Of a DNA stretch of 64,000 nucleotides, positions 1-9,637 are shown piece by piece (within the stretch, counting starts at the first letter, position 1; every line of letters starts with the position of its first letter). The notes under the pieces are model-generated. The model had not been told where the DNA came from. It saw only the letters and a program-made list of their open reading frames with translations, and ran no database searches. The translations under genes and the position numbers were made by a program. The stretch spans positions 785 to 64,784 of the IMG/VR virus record IMGVR_UViG_3300036985_004505; one strand, given 5' to 3'. Origin of the DNA: a virus (Duplodnaviria > Caudoviricetes).

Positions 1-2
1 AG

Positions 3-203
3 GGTTATAAAATTAAAAGTAAACCCATTGAATTTACGGCAATAGACAGAAAAAACAAACGTATTGATTGGTTTGATTTTAGTGCAAAAAAACAAGGGTA
101 CGCTGGGGCTATCGTAAAACAAGGTATTGATAGGTATTATATGTATAGCAACGCCCAAGTTGTTCAAAGTACATTAATTAGCACGACAGAGTTTTTTAAG
201 TAG
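3..203 (+). CDS. 3' end of a hypothetical protein truncated by the window edge
   Basis: Frame 3 is open from base 3 (GYKIKSKPIEF...STTEFFK) to TAG at 201-203. Confidence 0.55.
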   Translation, partial: GYKIKSKPIEFTAIDRKNKRIDWFDFSAKKQGYAGAIVKQGIDRYYMYSNAQVVQSTLISTTEFFK

Positions 204-273
204 TTTTTTTTACCCTATTTTTATATAGATTTTCCACTTTTTTTACCCTTATTTTCACCCTTTAGGTATGAAG

Positions 274-435
274 TTATTAACACTTTTAATATCTTTTTAA
301 CACGATTTGTAATTAGTATTAACAAGTTATTAAATGTGGTTGCTTATTATAAATTAATTATGTATGAAAGGCGTTAGAATAATACCATACAAAAAAAGAA
401 CTATAATAGCTACTATTTATATAACTTGTTAATAA
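274..435. promoter_or_regulatory. cluster of TTATTAACA-like boxes in an AT-rich intergenic region (possible origin or operator region)
   Basis: TTATTAACA 274-282, TTTTTAACA 294-302, GTATTAACA 316-324, and the inverted copy TGTTAATAA 427-435. Confidence 0.45.
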
Positions 436-504
436 CTTTTTAAGTAAGTGGGATAAGGGGTTTGGGTGTTTTTTTGTTCCTTGTTATTTACGATTAAAAA
501 TAAA

Positions 505-535
505 TTTGGTGGTGTTTATTTAGTTTGTACATTTG
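505..535 (+). promoter_or_regulatory. Bacteroidota-type sigma70 promoter
   Basis: TTTG at 505-508, a 19-nt spacer, then TACATTTG at 528-535 (TAnnTTTG), upstream of the ORF at 564. Confidence 0.75.
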
Positions 536-563
536 TGTATTATTAATTTAAAAACATAAAAAT

Positions 564-788
564 ATGGCAATCAAGCAATCATCAGAAGTAAGACTTCAAA
601 TTGACCTACGAGGTCCGCAAGGCAACGCATTCTATTTATTAGGAACGGCTGAGTCTTATGCAAAACAATTAGGGTACACGAAAGAAAAGCGTACCGAGTT
701 AATTAACGAAATGCAAAGTAGTGATTACGCAAACCTTATTGAAGTGTTTGATATGCACTTTGGCGATTTTGTTGATTTAATTAAATAA
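564..788 (+). CDS. hypothetical phage protein
   Basis: 74 aa ORF with an IDLRGPQGNAF motif and an A-rich leader, directly after a promoter. Confidence 0.75.
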   Translation: MAIKQSSEVRLQIDLRGPQGNAFYLLGTAESYAKQLGYTKEKRTELINEMQSSDYANLIEVFDMHFGDFVDLIK

Positions 789-807
789 CCCTTTAAATAT
801 AAACGAT

Positions 808-1020
808 ATGGCACAATTTATAGAACTTGAAAGTTTAAGTAATGGTAGTAGCATCATTATAAATGTTAATCACATAGGTCATTTTTACGAAATAGAGGCT
901 AAAAAATCTGACTTTAACCCACAACCTCACCACACAAAAGTTGGCGTGACAACGCATAATAACGGAGGTTTTGAAGTGGTAGAAACTATACAAGAAATAT
1001 TAAAACTAATTAATAACTAA
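808..1020 (+). CDS. hypothetical protein
   Basis: 70 aa ORF in a tight co-directional run. Confidence 0.65.
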   Translation: MAQFIELESLSNGSSIIINVNHIGHFYEIEAKKSDFNPQPHHTKVGVTTHNNGGFEVVETIQEILKLINN

Positions 1021-1024
1021 AATT

Positions 1025-1333
1025 ATGGAAAAAGAAAGGGTAGGCAAAGGGTACACAATAGATGATTTAGTAAAAATAGGCGACCAATTACACGATAGTT
1101 CAAGTGCAATAGTGCTTACACTCGTTAAGCATAATGACGGCACTTGCACAAGTCTTGGAAGTGCAACTGGTACTAATAAAGATTTAACTATGTTGATTAT
1201 ACAAGTATTAGAAAACAGCCCCGAACTTGAGTCGCTTTTTTACGAGGCATTAGTGCTTAAGAAAATGCAAACATTCAGCAAACTAATAGACCAATTTAAA
1301 AACAATACTAATACAGACACTAACGAAAATTAA
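1025..1333 (+). CDS. hypothetical protein
   Basis: 102 aa ORF with operon-like spacing. Confidence 0.65.
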   Translation: MEKERVGKGYTIDDLVKIGDQLHDSSSAIVLTLVKHNDGTCTSLGSATGTNKDLTMLIIQVLENSPELESLFYEALVLKKMQTFSKLIDQFKNNTNTDTNEN

Positions 1334-1345
1334 AAAACAACCACA

Positions 1346-1552
1346 ATGGAAAATTTCACAAAATACTCAGATGACTTTTTACTTAAAACAATTCTTTACA
1401 ATGAGGAAGATAATAACGAGTACTCATATTGCTTATTACATAATGATTTCCTTAGGCTAATTAAATACGTTATAACGAAATACATTTACAATGACGCCCA
1501 ATATGAGTATTTAAAACAATCATTTGAAAAAGATTCTAAATACTTAAATTAA
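1346..1552 (+). CDS. hypothetical protein
   Basis: 68 aa ORF with operon-like spacing. Confidence 0.6.
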   Translation: MENFTKYSDDFLLKTILYNEEDNNEYSYCLLHNDFLRLIKYVITKYIYNDAQYEYLKQSFEKDSKYLN

Positions 1553-1553
1553 T

Positions 1554-1817
1554 ATGGCAAAGAAAATTCAAACCACCGAAAAAGAATTAGCGTCAGTTTA
1601 CTTTACGTTATCTAATATGGCACTACTTCATTTAGTTCAAAACAACCGCAACCTTATAAGCGAGTACCAAATAATTAATAGCATAGTTTGGTCAGAAACA
1701 GATTGTGGTATAGAAGAAGAGTTAGATTATTGGCGTAAAGAAGTTAATAAAGCCGTAGAGGGTAGTTACGTTTATGATGAGTGGCAAAAGCAACGTGAAA
1801 ATTATATAATCAATTAA
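1554..1817 (+). CDS. hypothetical protein
   Basis: 87 aa ORF starting 1 nt after the previous stop. Confidence 0.65.
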   Translation: MAKKIQTTEKELASVYFTLSNMALLHLVQNNRNLISEYQIINSIVWSETDCGIEEELDYWRKEVNKAVEGSYVYDEWQKQRENYIIN

Positions 1818-1851
1818 TACAAATCAAATAAAAACCAAAAAACAAGAAAGT

Positions 1852-2877
1852 ATGAAACAAGGAAAAACAATTCAGGAATTGGCAGTTGAAATTCAACGTC
1901 AGCAAGATGCAAAAAGAGATTTTTTAATCTCAACAGACAAAATCAAGGCATTCGTAAATAATGACCACGTTGAAATTGGCTTTGGTATTAAAGATAACGA
2001 TGAGGAACTATTTACCGCACCATTAACACGCAACGGACACAAGCAATTAGGCGGTTTTTGTGATATCCCTAAAAAGTATTACGATATGATGTTGGCTCAT
2101 CCAAGTTTACTTGCCACTAATTTACAACACTGGTTAGAAAGAAGTAGCGGTAAACGTATGGTGCGTAGTTTAGATGGAAACGTAAGGGCGTTTTTAAGTG
2201 ATTCATATCGTAGGTTAGATAATTATGATTTAGCCCAAAATGTTTTACCTATGTTACTTGAGGCAGAGGCTCAAATAGAAAGTTGTGAAATAACAGATTC
2301 TAAGTTGTACATTAAGGCAATAACGCATAAAGTTCAAGCCGAAGTAAAAACTGGAGATATTGTTAGTGCTGGAATTATTATAAGCAATAGCGAAACTGGT
2401 CACGGAAGTTTAAGTGTTAAACCGCTTATTTACCGCCTCGTATGTAAAAATGGAGCGGTTGTAGATGACTATGCAATGCGTAAATACCACGCTGGTAAGC
2501 ATACGGATATGGACCAAATAGAATTTAGTAATGAAACCATTAAGGCAGATGATAAAGCGTTTTGGTTAAAGGTGCGTGATTTAGTTAAGTTTAGTTTAAA
2601 TGAAACTACATTTGAAAAAATAGTTGAAAGTATGCGTGAAAGTACCCAACGTAAAATAGAGGAGCCTACAAAAGCAATTGAATTAATTACAAAGAAGTTT
2701 AATTTAGGCGATGCAGAACAACGAGATGTTTTAACACACTTAATACAAGGTGCTGATTTAACAAGTTGGGGTTTAGGAAATGCGGTTACTCGTATGGCAC
2801 AAGATGTATCAAGCTACGATAGAAGTACAGAGTTGGAAACAATCGGCTACCAAATTATGCAACAAAATTGGAACTAA
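1852..2877 (+). CDS. DUF932/DUF945-family phage/plasmid protein
   Basis: Motifs RAFLSDSY and ISNSETGHGS...YRLVCKNG typical of DUF932. Confidence 0.8.
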   Translation: MKQGKTIQELAVEIQRQQDAKRDFLISTDKIKAFVNNDHVEIGFGIKDNDEELFTAPLTRNGHKQLGGFCDIPKKYYDMMLAHPSLLATNLQHWLERSSGKRMVRSLDGNVRAFLSDSYRRLDNYDLAQNVLPMLLEAEAQIESCEITDSKLYIKAITHKVQAEVKTGDIVSAGIIISNSETGHGSLSVKPLIYRLVCKNGAVVDDYAMRKYHAGKHTDMDQIEFSNETIKADDKAFWLKVRDLVKFSLNETTFEKIVESMRESTQRKIEEPTKAIELITKKFNLGDAEQRDVLTHLIQGADLTSWGLGNAVTRMAQDVSSYDRSTELETIGYQIMQQNWN

Positions 2878-2930
2878 AACGTACCAAGATATAACAAGAG
2901 TAACGCTTAATGAGGGCGTTATAATTGTGG

Positions 2931-2969
2931 AGGGGGGTAGTGGTGTGGTTGCTACGAACCCCCCTTTTT
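2931..2969 (+). terminator. probable intrinsic terminator
   Basis: AGGGGGGT...ACCCCCCT stem followed by a T-run, downstream of the DUF932 gene. Confidence 0.6.
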
Positions 2970-3007
2970 AAGTTATTAACATACACAAATGTATAACGCT
3001 AAATTTG

Positions 3008-3015
3008 TATATTTG
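3008..3015 (+). promoter_or_regulatory. Bacteroidota -7 promoter box
   Basis: TATATTTG upstream of the ORF at 3039, with TTATTAACA at 2973-2981. Confidence 0.6.
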
Positions 3016-3038
3016 CCTAACAAAAAAAATAAATAAGT

Positions 3039-3422
3039 ATGACAAGAATCAATGTTGGCATTCCGCCAAGCGAACTAACTACAAAGCACCTTATAGCAGA
3101 ACATAGGGAAATAGTACGCATACCGAACTGCGTAGCAAAAGGAAAGTTTAACCTTAAAGACCAACCGAGCACCTTTACTTTAGGCAAAGGACACGTCAAG
3201 TTTTTTTATACAAGGTTAGCGTACTTAAAAAAAAGGTACGAGGAAATATACGAAAATTGCTTACAAAGAGGTTACAATGTCAGTTACTATGGGGGTGCGT
3301 GGGATAACGTGCCTTTACAATTAATGAACGATTACCAACCAACCGCTAATGATGTGGAAATAATTAAACAAAGAATAACCGAAAAATTAACCCCTAAAGC
3401 ACAAACCAATGCAATTATTTGA
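3039..3422 (+). CDS. denV: pyrimidine-dimer DNA glycosylase (T4 endonuclease V-like)
   Basis: MTRIN N-terminus, HLIAEHREIVRI and FTLGKGHVKFFY match T4 DenV hallmarks. Confidence 0.9.
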   Translation: MTRINVGIPPSELTTKHLIAEHREIVRIPNCVAKGKFNLKDQPSTFTLGKGHVKFFYTRLAYLKKRYEEIYENCLQRGYNVSYYGGAWDNVPLQLMNDYQPTANDVEIIKQRITEKLTPKAQTNAII

Positions 3423-3660
3423 AGATGATTGGGGCGTAGACAATAGTCCGCCCGATAACACAGAAATTACAACAACAATCCTTTATTTTAGTAAAGAGGA
3501 ACTCGCCAAGTTTAAGTCGTTGTGCAAAGTCGGTATTAAAACAATGTACGGCAATGATGCACAAACGAAAGGTAATTTAAGCGATTTTTTATTAACCATT
3601 TTAGAAAACAACTATGCAAACATACACGCTGAAAAAAACAATGACAACTCAGCAAGTTGA
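3409..3660 (+). CDS. small protein overlapping the first TET/JBP gene, possible accessory factor
   Basis: 83 aa, overlaps both neighbouring genes. The function is inferred from position only. Confidence 0.6.
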   Translation: MQLFEDDWGVDNSPPDNTEITTTILYFSKEELAKFKSLCKVGIKTMYGNDAQTKGNLSDFLLTILENNYANIHAEKNNDNSAS

Positions 3661-4480
3661 GAAGTTAAAGGCAACCTATTTAGATGACAATAGTTACGAT
3701 ATGTTAATTGACCACGATTGCGATGGTTATAGTACGGCTGGTGAATTATTGTTTAAGTTTCGTAAAAACGTAATACCAATGGATATATTAGAGGTTGGTT
3801 ATAACGCTTTTAAAGATAGTATAGCACTAACCGATGGGCGTGGCACTGCAAGTGGTGGAAACCATTTAAGAGTACGCAAAGATGGTACTATATCTAACAT
3901 AAGCATAAGTAATAAAGTTTATAGTGGAAATGTAGGCTATATGGATGCTGGTGCTATGGTGCATTATTGTAGAAGAACCGCATTTGCTCGTGACCACTTT
4001 GAAAAGTTTACGCAAGGCGTACCATTTGTAGAATTTGTTGATGCTAAATATAAAGAACTTTGCCCCGAACACCACGCAAAACAAATGGCTATCGCAAACG
4101 GCACGAACACAAACTATCGTATAGGTAAAACTTCATTTACAACAGTCACTGTTAATAGGAATTTTCAAACTGCGGTACACCAAGACGCTGGCGATTTTCC
4201 TCAAGGTTTTGGCAACCTTTGTGTGTATAGGAAAGGTCATTATGATGGTAGCTATTTTGTGTTACCCGAATATCGTGTAGCTATTGATTTACATAGCACA
4301 GATTTACTATTTGCAGATGTACATAAATGGCACGGAAACACACCTTTTAGAGAGTGTAGCGAAGATTATATGCGTATAGCCTTTGTAATGTATTATAGGG
4401 AGTATATGTACCTCTGCAAACAACCAAGAGAGGAATTACAAGCAATTAAACAAAGTTCAACTGGGTATTTAAAACTATAA
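3614..4480 (+). CDS. TET/JBP-family 2OG-Fe(II) DNA base dioxygenase, copy 1
   Basis: FTTVTVNRNFQTAVHQDAGD (HxD), DVHKWHGN (distal His), R..FVMYYRE. Confidence 0.85.
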   Translation: MQTYTLKKTMTTQQVEKLKATYLDDNSYDMLIDHDCDGYSTAGELLFKFRKNVIPMDILEVGYNAFKDSIALTDGRGTASGGNHLRVRKDGTISNISISNKVYSGNVGYMDAGAMVHYCRRTAFARDHFEKFTQGVPFVEFVDAKYKELCPEHHAKQMAIANGTNTNYRIGKTSFTTVTVNRNFQTAVHQDAGDFPQGFGNLCVYRKGHYDGSYFVLPEYRVAIDLHSTDLLFADVHKWHGNTPFRECSEDYMRIAFVMYYREYMYLCKQPREELQAIKQSSTGYLKL

Positions 4481-4492
4481 AAAAAGGCAAAA

Positions 4493-4714
4493 ATGGAAAC
4501 TACAAATTACTACGGAACAAACAAAGAAATGGATATCTATGAAGATATACAAATGGGCTTTACGCAAGATGAAGAAGGTGACGAGTTATGCCAAATATTG
4601 TTTAATTCTAATCAAGATATAGAAAGTATATTGAACAAATGTGAGCATAGTGGAACATACTCGCAAGATGAATTAACCTTATTTGTTCAAACTGTTAGAG
4701 AGCAAGGTATATAA
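4493..4714 (+). CDS. small acidic hypothetical protein between the two dioxygenases
   Basis: 73 aa ORF flanked by the 16-bp direct repeat TTTAAAACTATAAAAA. Confidence 0.6.
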   Translation: METTNYYGTNKEMDIYEDIQMGFTQDEEGDELCQILFNSNQDIESILNKCEHSGTYSQDELTLFVQTVREQGI

Positions 4715-4734
4715 ACAAATTTAAAACTATAAAA

Positions 4735-5610
4735 ATGGAAACACTTAGGTTAAAAACTTTAATGACGCCTAAAAAAGCGGAAACATTAAAAGCAAAGTTT
4801 CTTGACGATAATTGCTATGATACTTTAATTACACAAGATTGCGATGCTTACGACATTAACGGCAATATGCTGTTTAGGTTTCGTAAAAATGTTATACCTT
4901 ACGAATTGCTTAAAAGCGGTTACGATGCGTTTAAAGGTGCAATTAAAAAATCTCACGGAAGAGGTTTGGCATCAGGCGAATATATAAACCCAATTAAAAA
5001 AGATGGTACAATATCTAAATTTGACATTTCCCCAACTGTCGATAGTGGCAATGTAGGTTTTTTAGATGGGCGTCCAGGAATTGGTATTACTGCGGTATGT
5101 AGGAAAACGGCATTTGCACAAGAGTACTTTGAAAAATACAAGCAAGGTATCCCTTTTGTAAATTGTATAGATAATTACTACCAAGCATTATGCCCTGGAC
5201 ATTATAAAAGACAGATAGCCATTGCAAACGGCACGAACGCTAATTATAGGATAGGTAAAACCGCCTTTACAACAGTGACTGTTAATAAAAACTTCCAAAC
5301 CGCAGTTCACCAAGATGGAGGTGATTACGCCGATGGTTTCGGTAATTTGTGCGTTTATAGGGAGGGCAACTACGATGGTTGTTATTTTGTATTACCTGAA
5401 TATAGGGTTGCTATTGATTTACAAAATTGCGATATGTTGTTTACCGATGTACATAAGTGGCACGGAAACTCACCATTTAAAAATACAAGCGAAGATTATT
5501 TAAGGGTATCTTTTGTTATGTATTATAGGGAAATGATGTATAAATGTAGGCAACCTATTGATGAGTTAGCAAATATGAAACAAAGAGCAACTGGTTATTT
5601 AACACTTTAA
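4735..5610 (+). CDS. TET/JBP-family 2OG-Fe(II) DNA base dioxygenase, copy 2
   Basis: Collinear paralog of 3614-4480, with TAVHQDGGD and DVHKWHGN intact. Confidence 0.85.
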   Translation: METLRLKTLMTPKKAETLKAKFLDDNCYDTLITQDCDAYDINGNMLFRFRKNVIPYELLKSGYDAFKGAIKKSHGRGLASGEYINPIKKDGTISKFDISPTVDSGNVGFLDGRPGIGITAVCRKTAFAQEYFEKYKQGIPFVNCIDNYYQALCPGHYKRQIAIANGTNANYRIGKTAFTTVTVNKNFQTAVHQDGGDYADGFGNLCVYREGNYDGCYFVLPEYRVAIDLQNCDMLFTDVHKWHGNSPFKNTSEDYLRVSFVMYYREMMYKCRQPIDELANMKQRATGYLTL

Positions 5611-5619
5611 AAAAACAAT

Positions 5620-6138
5620 ATGGAAAATAAGTATTTAATTATAGGTGGGTGCGGTGTTGGTAAAACTTGGATAATGAAAAGTATTATAAAGCATCTAAAC
5701 CTTACAGAAAGCGGTGCGGTAGGCTTATTACAATTTACAACAAACGGCAAGGTAATAGTAACTGGAAAGTACGATGGAAGTGTATTTGAGGGTAGCGATA
5801 AATTAAGTATGGCGGTTATGCGTGATGTTGGTGCTTTTTTAGAACAACATAAAAACACGCTTACTTTTTTTGAGGGCGATAGGTTTACCAACGGCAACTT
5901 CATAAAAATTGCAAACCCGATAATATTAAAAGTTAGCGGTGATGGTAAAGCTGGTAGAGAACAAAGGGGTACGCAACAAAGCAATAGTCAAATAGTGGCA
6001 ATAAGGACAAGGGTAAGCAACATACAATACGACTATTCGTTTGAAGATAGCCAACAATGTTACGATTTTATTCTAAACATTTTAAATGGAGAAGTGCCAC
6101 AAAGGAAAATTAAACCAACACAAGAAAGTTTATTCTAA
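5620..6138 (+). CDS. P-loop nucleotide kinase of the type linked to phage base-modification loci
   Basis: Walker A GGCGVGKT, plus GKY...EGSDKLS, FEGDRF and RG.QQ motifs, adjacent to the TET/JBP genes. Confidence 0.75.
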   Translation: MENKYLIIGGCGVGKTWIMKSIIKHLNLTESGAVGLLQFTTNGKVIVTGKYDGSVFEGSDKLSMAVMRDVGAFLEQHKNTLTFFEGDRFTNGNFIKIANPIILKVSGDGKAGREQRGTQQSNSQIVAIRTRVSNIQYDYSFEDSQQCYDFILNILNGEVPQRKIKPTQESLF

Positions 6139-6731
6139 TGCTAACAATAATAAACCTATATACGATAAATAAAATATTTACAGAGGTGGCAACAATTAAA
6201 TTGTGTACAAACGCAAAGATGCTTTATCTAAATTGCTTAACGCACCACTTTAAAGATAAAAAACCTATGGTGGTGAATGCCGTAGCTTTTGATTTATTTA
6301 TTAGTGAAATACCGCAATACGAGAAGTACCAACGCTTATTTGAAGAATTACACAAAGCCGAGTTAGTCATTATAAGGTACGATGCCGTAGGTTTTGTAAA
6401 CGTGTGGGGCAAATATATAGATAGGTCGCAACTTGAAAAAGTAGGTGCTGATACTTATGTAGCTGGTTTTCAATTTCAGGGCGTAAACGCTTTTATAGAT
6501 GAAATGCGTAAAAGTGCAAGTTTATACGAGTTATGCCAAATGAAACACAAAATAAGTTTAAGGCAAGTTGAATCACTTTTGGAGTTGTTTTATAAAGAGC
6601 AAATTAGTATATCTAAGACGTATAACGGATATAGCGATTGTGCCAAGCATTTTATAAATTGGATACCCAACAATACGAGTAAAGCACCGCAAGAAAATGT
6701 AAAATCAAAAAGCAAACTATTAGGCGAATAA
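6138..6731 (+). CDS. putative replication initiator-like protein
   Basis: 197 aa with a C-terminal KHFINWI motif, upstream of SSB and DnaB. Weak inference. Confidence 0.45.
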   Translation: MLTIINLYTINKIFTEVATIKLCTNAKMLYLNCLTHHFKDKKPMVVNAVAFDLFISEIPQYEKYQRLFEELHKAELVIIRYDAVGFVNVWGKYIDRSQLEKVGADTYVAGFQFQGVNAFIDEMRKSASLYELCQMKHKISLRQVESLLELFYKEQISISKTYNGYSDCAKHFINWIPNNTSKAPQENVKSKSKLLGE

Positions 6732-6740
6732 TTAACACAA

Positions 6741-6944
6741 ATGTATAACAATATGGAAACGTACAAAGAACAAGTATTAAGCGAGTCATTACACCAAATG
6801 GCTGAAAGCGTTGCTCAACTGGAAACTGAAAACACCAAACTGAAAAAAGATATTGATAAACTGGTAGCTGAAATAACAATAGCTAATAAATTTATAATAT
6901 CACAAAAAGAGTATTACGAAAAATTAACCAATAAAAACCAATAA
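6741..6944 (+). CDS. small coiled-coil protein
   Basis: Heptad pattern over 67 aa. Confidence 0.6.
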   Translation: MYNNMETYKEQVLSESLHQMAESVAQLETENTKLKKDIDKLVAEITIANKFIISQKEYYEKLTNKNQ

Positions 6945-6946
6945 TT

Positions 6947-7186
6947 ATGACACCAAAAGAAAAAGCAAAACAATTAGTAGATAAATTTTATCAAACAACT
7001 CCTAATGAATGTTGGATTAATCAACCATTAGAATTTAAAGAAGAATATAAAGCCTGGGAACAATCTAAACAATGTGCTTTAATAGCAGTTGATGAACTTA
7101 TAAAAGAGCAAACAATGTGGCAAAACGGAGAGGTAAACCCAGTTTTATATTGGCAAGAAGTTAAACAAGAAATAAATAATTTATAA
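6947..7186 (+). CDS. hypothetical phage protein (MTPKEKA family)
   Basis: MTPKEKA...ALIAVDE...YWQEVKQEI, similar to the ORF at 9638-9877. Confidence 0.7.
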   Translation: MTPKEKAKQLVDKFYQTTPNECWINQPLEFKEEYKAWEQSKQCALIAVDELIKEQTMWQNGEVNPVLYWQEVKQEINNL

Positions 7187-7204
7187 ACCCTAAAAAACAA
7201 AAAA

Positions 7205-7777
7205 ATGAAACACTCAATTATCTTAAAAGTAGGCGAAAATTTAATTTACCAATTTTCACCACAAGCCAAGCCTTTAGCAGAACAATCTTCATCGACAGTA
7301 GAATTTAACAGAGCCTTGCCCGAGTGGGAGCAAACCGCTAAAAGCTATTTAGTTAAAAGCGAAGACATACTTGATTTACAAGCCTTTTTAACGCAAGATG
7401 GGATTACAACAAAGGGCATACCAGTACCTTATGAGGATATGCTAATTTACGCAGATGGCTTAAAAAATTATGCCAAGTATAATAAAGGGGGGCAAAACAA
7501 TGGAATACAAGTTGTAGACTTAAAACCAAAAGTTAAACCGCAAGTACACGCAGAAAATACACCTATGCCACAATCGGTTAGTAGGGAGCATAGATTTTTT
7601 ATTGAAGTTGCTATTGACGATGAAAATGGCGAACCTTACATTATTTTTAAAAATGATGCACCGCCAAATAGTATGGAGGCTAAAATAATGAAGTCCTTTA
7701 TTTTAAAGGCAAAGAAAGATAGCGGTATTGAGATTAAGCAAGGCGAATTAGATACAATTAAAATTGTATTAGGTTAA
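7205..7777 (+). CDS. hypothetical protein
   Basis: 190 aa ORF with an A-rich leader. Confidence 0.7.
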   Translation: MKHSIILKVGENLIYQFSPQAKPLAEQSSSTVEFNRALPEWEQTAKSYLVKSEDILDLQAFLTQDGITTKGIPVPYEDMLIYADGLKNYAKYNKGGQNNGIQVVDLKPKVKPQVHAENTPMPQSVSREHRFFIEVAIDDENGEPYIIFKNDAPPNSMEAKIMKSFILKAKKDSGIEIKQGELDTIKIVLG

Positions 7778-7785
7778 TAAATAAA

Positions 7786-7816
7786 TTTGCATATAACAAA
7801 CAATTTTGTACATTTG
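7786..7816 (+). promoter_or_regulatory. Bacteroidota-type promoter for the SSB-dnaB operon
   Basis: TTTG at 7786-7789, a 19-nt spacer, then TACATTTG at 7809-7816. Confidence 0.75.
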
Positions 7817-7846
7817 TGCAATAGTAATAATTTAAAAAAAATAAGT

Positions 7847-8128
7847 ATGAACGTAGAATTAAAAGGCACTGTAAAAGTAATTTTCACAGAAAAACAAATC
7901 ACTGACAATTTCTCAAAAAAGGAAATAGTTGTAACAATTGACGAGGATGGCAATTATCCACAAGACATTATTATTCAGGCAACCAACACGCACATTGACA
8001 AACTGAAAGACGTACAAGTGGGTAACAAGGTAATCGTAAAGTGTAACCTAAAAGGAAACGCAACAAAAGACGGCAAGTATTTTAACCAACTGAACTTATG
8101 GGAAATAGAAAACAAGACAAACCAATAG
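7847..8128 (+). CDS. DUF3127-like OB-fold single-stranded DNA-binding protein
   Basis: ELKGTVKVI...FSKKEIVV...YPQ.I...YFNQLNLWEIE. The true start is the ATG at 7847, downstream of the promoter. Confidence 0.75.
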   Translation: MNVELKGTVKVIFTEKQITDNFSKKEIVVTIDEDGNYPQDIIIQATNTHIDKLKDVQVGNKVIVKCNLKGNATKDGKYFNQLNLWEIENKTNQ

Positions 8129-9627
8129 ACGTTTTTGTTGAGGGTAGGTTGCAACCACAAGCCATAGATTTAGAAGAGGCTATTTTAGGTGCTTGTATGT
8201 TGGAGTATGAGGCTATCGGTATGGTTGTAGGCATACTAACAGCCGAAACCTTTTACAAGCCAGCAAATGTCATAATTTATGGTGCTATTTGTGATTTGTA
8301 CAAAAACTCAAACCCTATTGATATTTTAACAGTCTGCCAAAAATTAAAATCTTTAGGCAAACTTGATGAAGTAGGCGGTGCGTTTTATGTTAGTAGCCTT
8401 ACAAATAGGGTTGCTGGTTCTTCAAACATTGAGTACCACGCAAGAATTGTTGTGCAATACTATTTAAAGCGTAGGTTAATAGAAATAGGGCATAATAGCA
8501 TACGAGAGGCTTATGATATGGAATCTGATGTTTTTGAGGTTTACCAACAAAACGTGCAAAAACTTGAAGGCTCGCTTACTTCTGTTATGAAGTACGAAGT
8601 TAGCGATATTGCCACTATCCACAATAGCGTTTTAGCAGAAAGTATGAGTGTTGCTATTAGCGGTGCAAAATCAGGCGTTACAACTGGCTTTAGAAACCTT
8701 GATAACTTTACTAATGGTTGGCAAAAAAGCGACTTAGTTATCGTTGCTGGGCGTCCAGGGATGGGCAAGTCTGTTTGTGCTTTGGCTTTTGCTTTAAACC
8801 CAGCGTTAAGGGAAAACATACCAACCGCAATATTTAGCTTAGAAATGTCCAAGGAACAAGTTGTAGGCAGAGCACAAAGTAATTTAAGCGGTATAAATTC
8901 AAGCACAATTATTAAAAAGCAATTAAGTGTAGAAGAGGTTAATACCATAGAGCAAAGGTGCAAGGATTTAAACACCGCCCCAATTTATATAGACGATACC
9001 CCAGCTATGACTGTTATGGAATTAAAAGGTAAGGCAAGAAAGTTGGTGCGTGATAAAGGGGTAAGGCTTATAGTTATTGATTATTTGCAATTAATGGTTG
9101 CAGATGTTGGCAAGGGTAGTAGGGAGCAAGAAATAAGCAAAATAAGTCAAGGGTTAAAAGCACTTGCAAAAGAACTTAACGTGCCTATTATAGCGTTGAG
9201 CCAATTAAGTAGGGCAGTAGAGGCGAGGGGTGGCGATAAAAAACCGCTATTAAGCGACTTGCGTGAAAGTGGTAGTATTGAGCAAGATGCCGATATGGTT
9301 ATATTTTGTTACCGCCCCGAGTATTATAGCATAGATAGTTATGAAATAGGTGGGGAAACTCTTGGTTGTGATGGTTTAATGTGCCTTATAGTTGCAAAGC
9401 ATCGTGCTGGTAGTTTAGGTGAGTTGCGTATGGGTTTCAATGGCGACCTAACAAAATTAGAAAATTACGATACGTTTATGGAAAATAAGCGTATGGCAAA
9501 CAACCCTTATTCGCAACAAACACCAATGCCAAAAATACAAGAGAATACACAATTTTTAGAGCAACCCAATATACCAGTTATTGATTATAACGATAACGAT
9601 AATGATTACGACGATGTACCATTTTAA
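8098..9627 (+). CDS. dnaB: replicative DNA helicase
   Basis: PQAIDLEEAILG N-domain, AGRPGMGKS Walker A, FSLEM, VIDYLQL, LSQLSR, SDLRESGSIEQDAD. Confidence 0.97.
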   Translation: MGNRKQDKPIDVFVEGRLQPQAIDLEEAILGACMLEYEAIGMVVGILTAETFYKPANVIIYGAICDLYKNSNPIDILTVCQKLKSLGKLDEVGGAFYVSSLTNRVAGSSNIEYHARIVVQYYLKRRLIEIGHNSIREAYDMESDVFEVYQQNVQKLEGSLTSVMKYEVSDIATIHNSVLAESMSVAISGAKSGVTTGFRNLDNFTNGWQKSDLVIVAGRPGMGKSVCALAFALNPALRENIPTAIFSLEMSKEQVVGRAQSNLSGINSSTIIKKQLSVEEVNTIEQRCKDLNTAPIYIDDTPAMTVMELKGKARKLVRDKGVRLIVIDYLQLMVADVGKGSREQEISKISQGLKALAKELNVPIIALSQLSRAVEARGGDKKPLLSDLRESGSIEQDADMVIFCYRPEYYSIDSYEIGGETLGCDGLMCLIVAKHRAGSLGELRMGFNGDLTKLENYDTFMENKRMANNPYSQQTPMPKIQENTQFLEQPNIPVIDYNDNDNDYDDVPF

Positions 9628-9637
9628 AACAACTATT

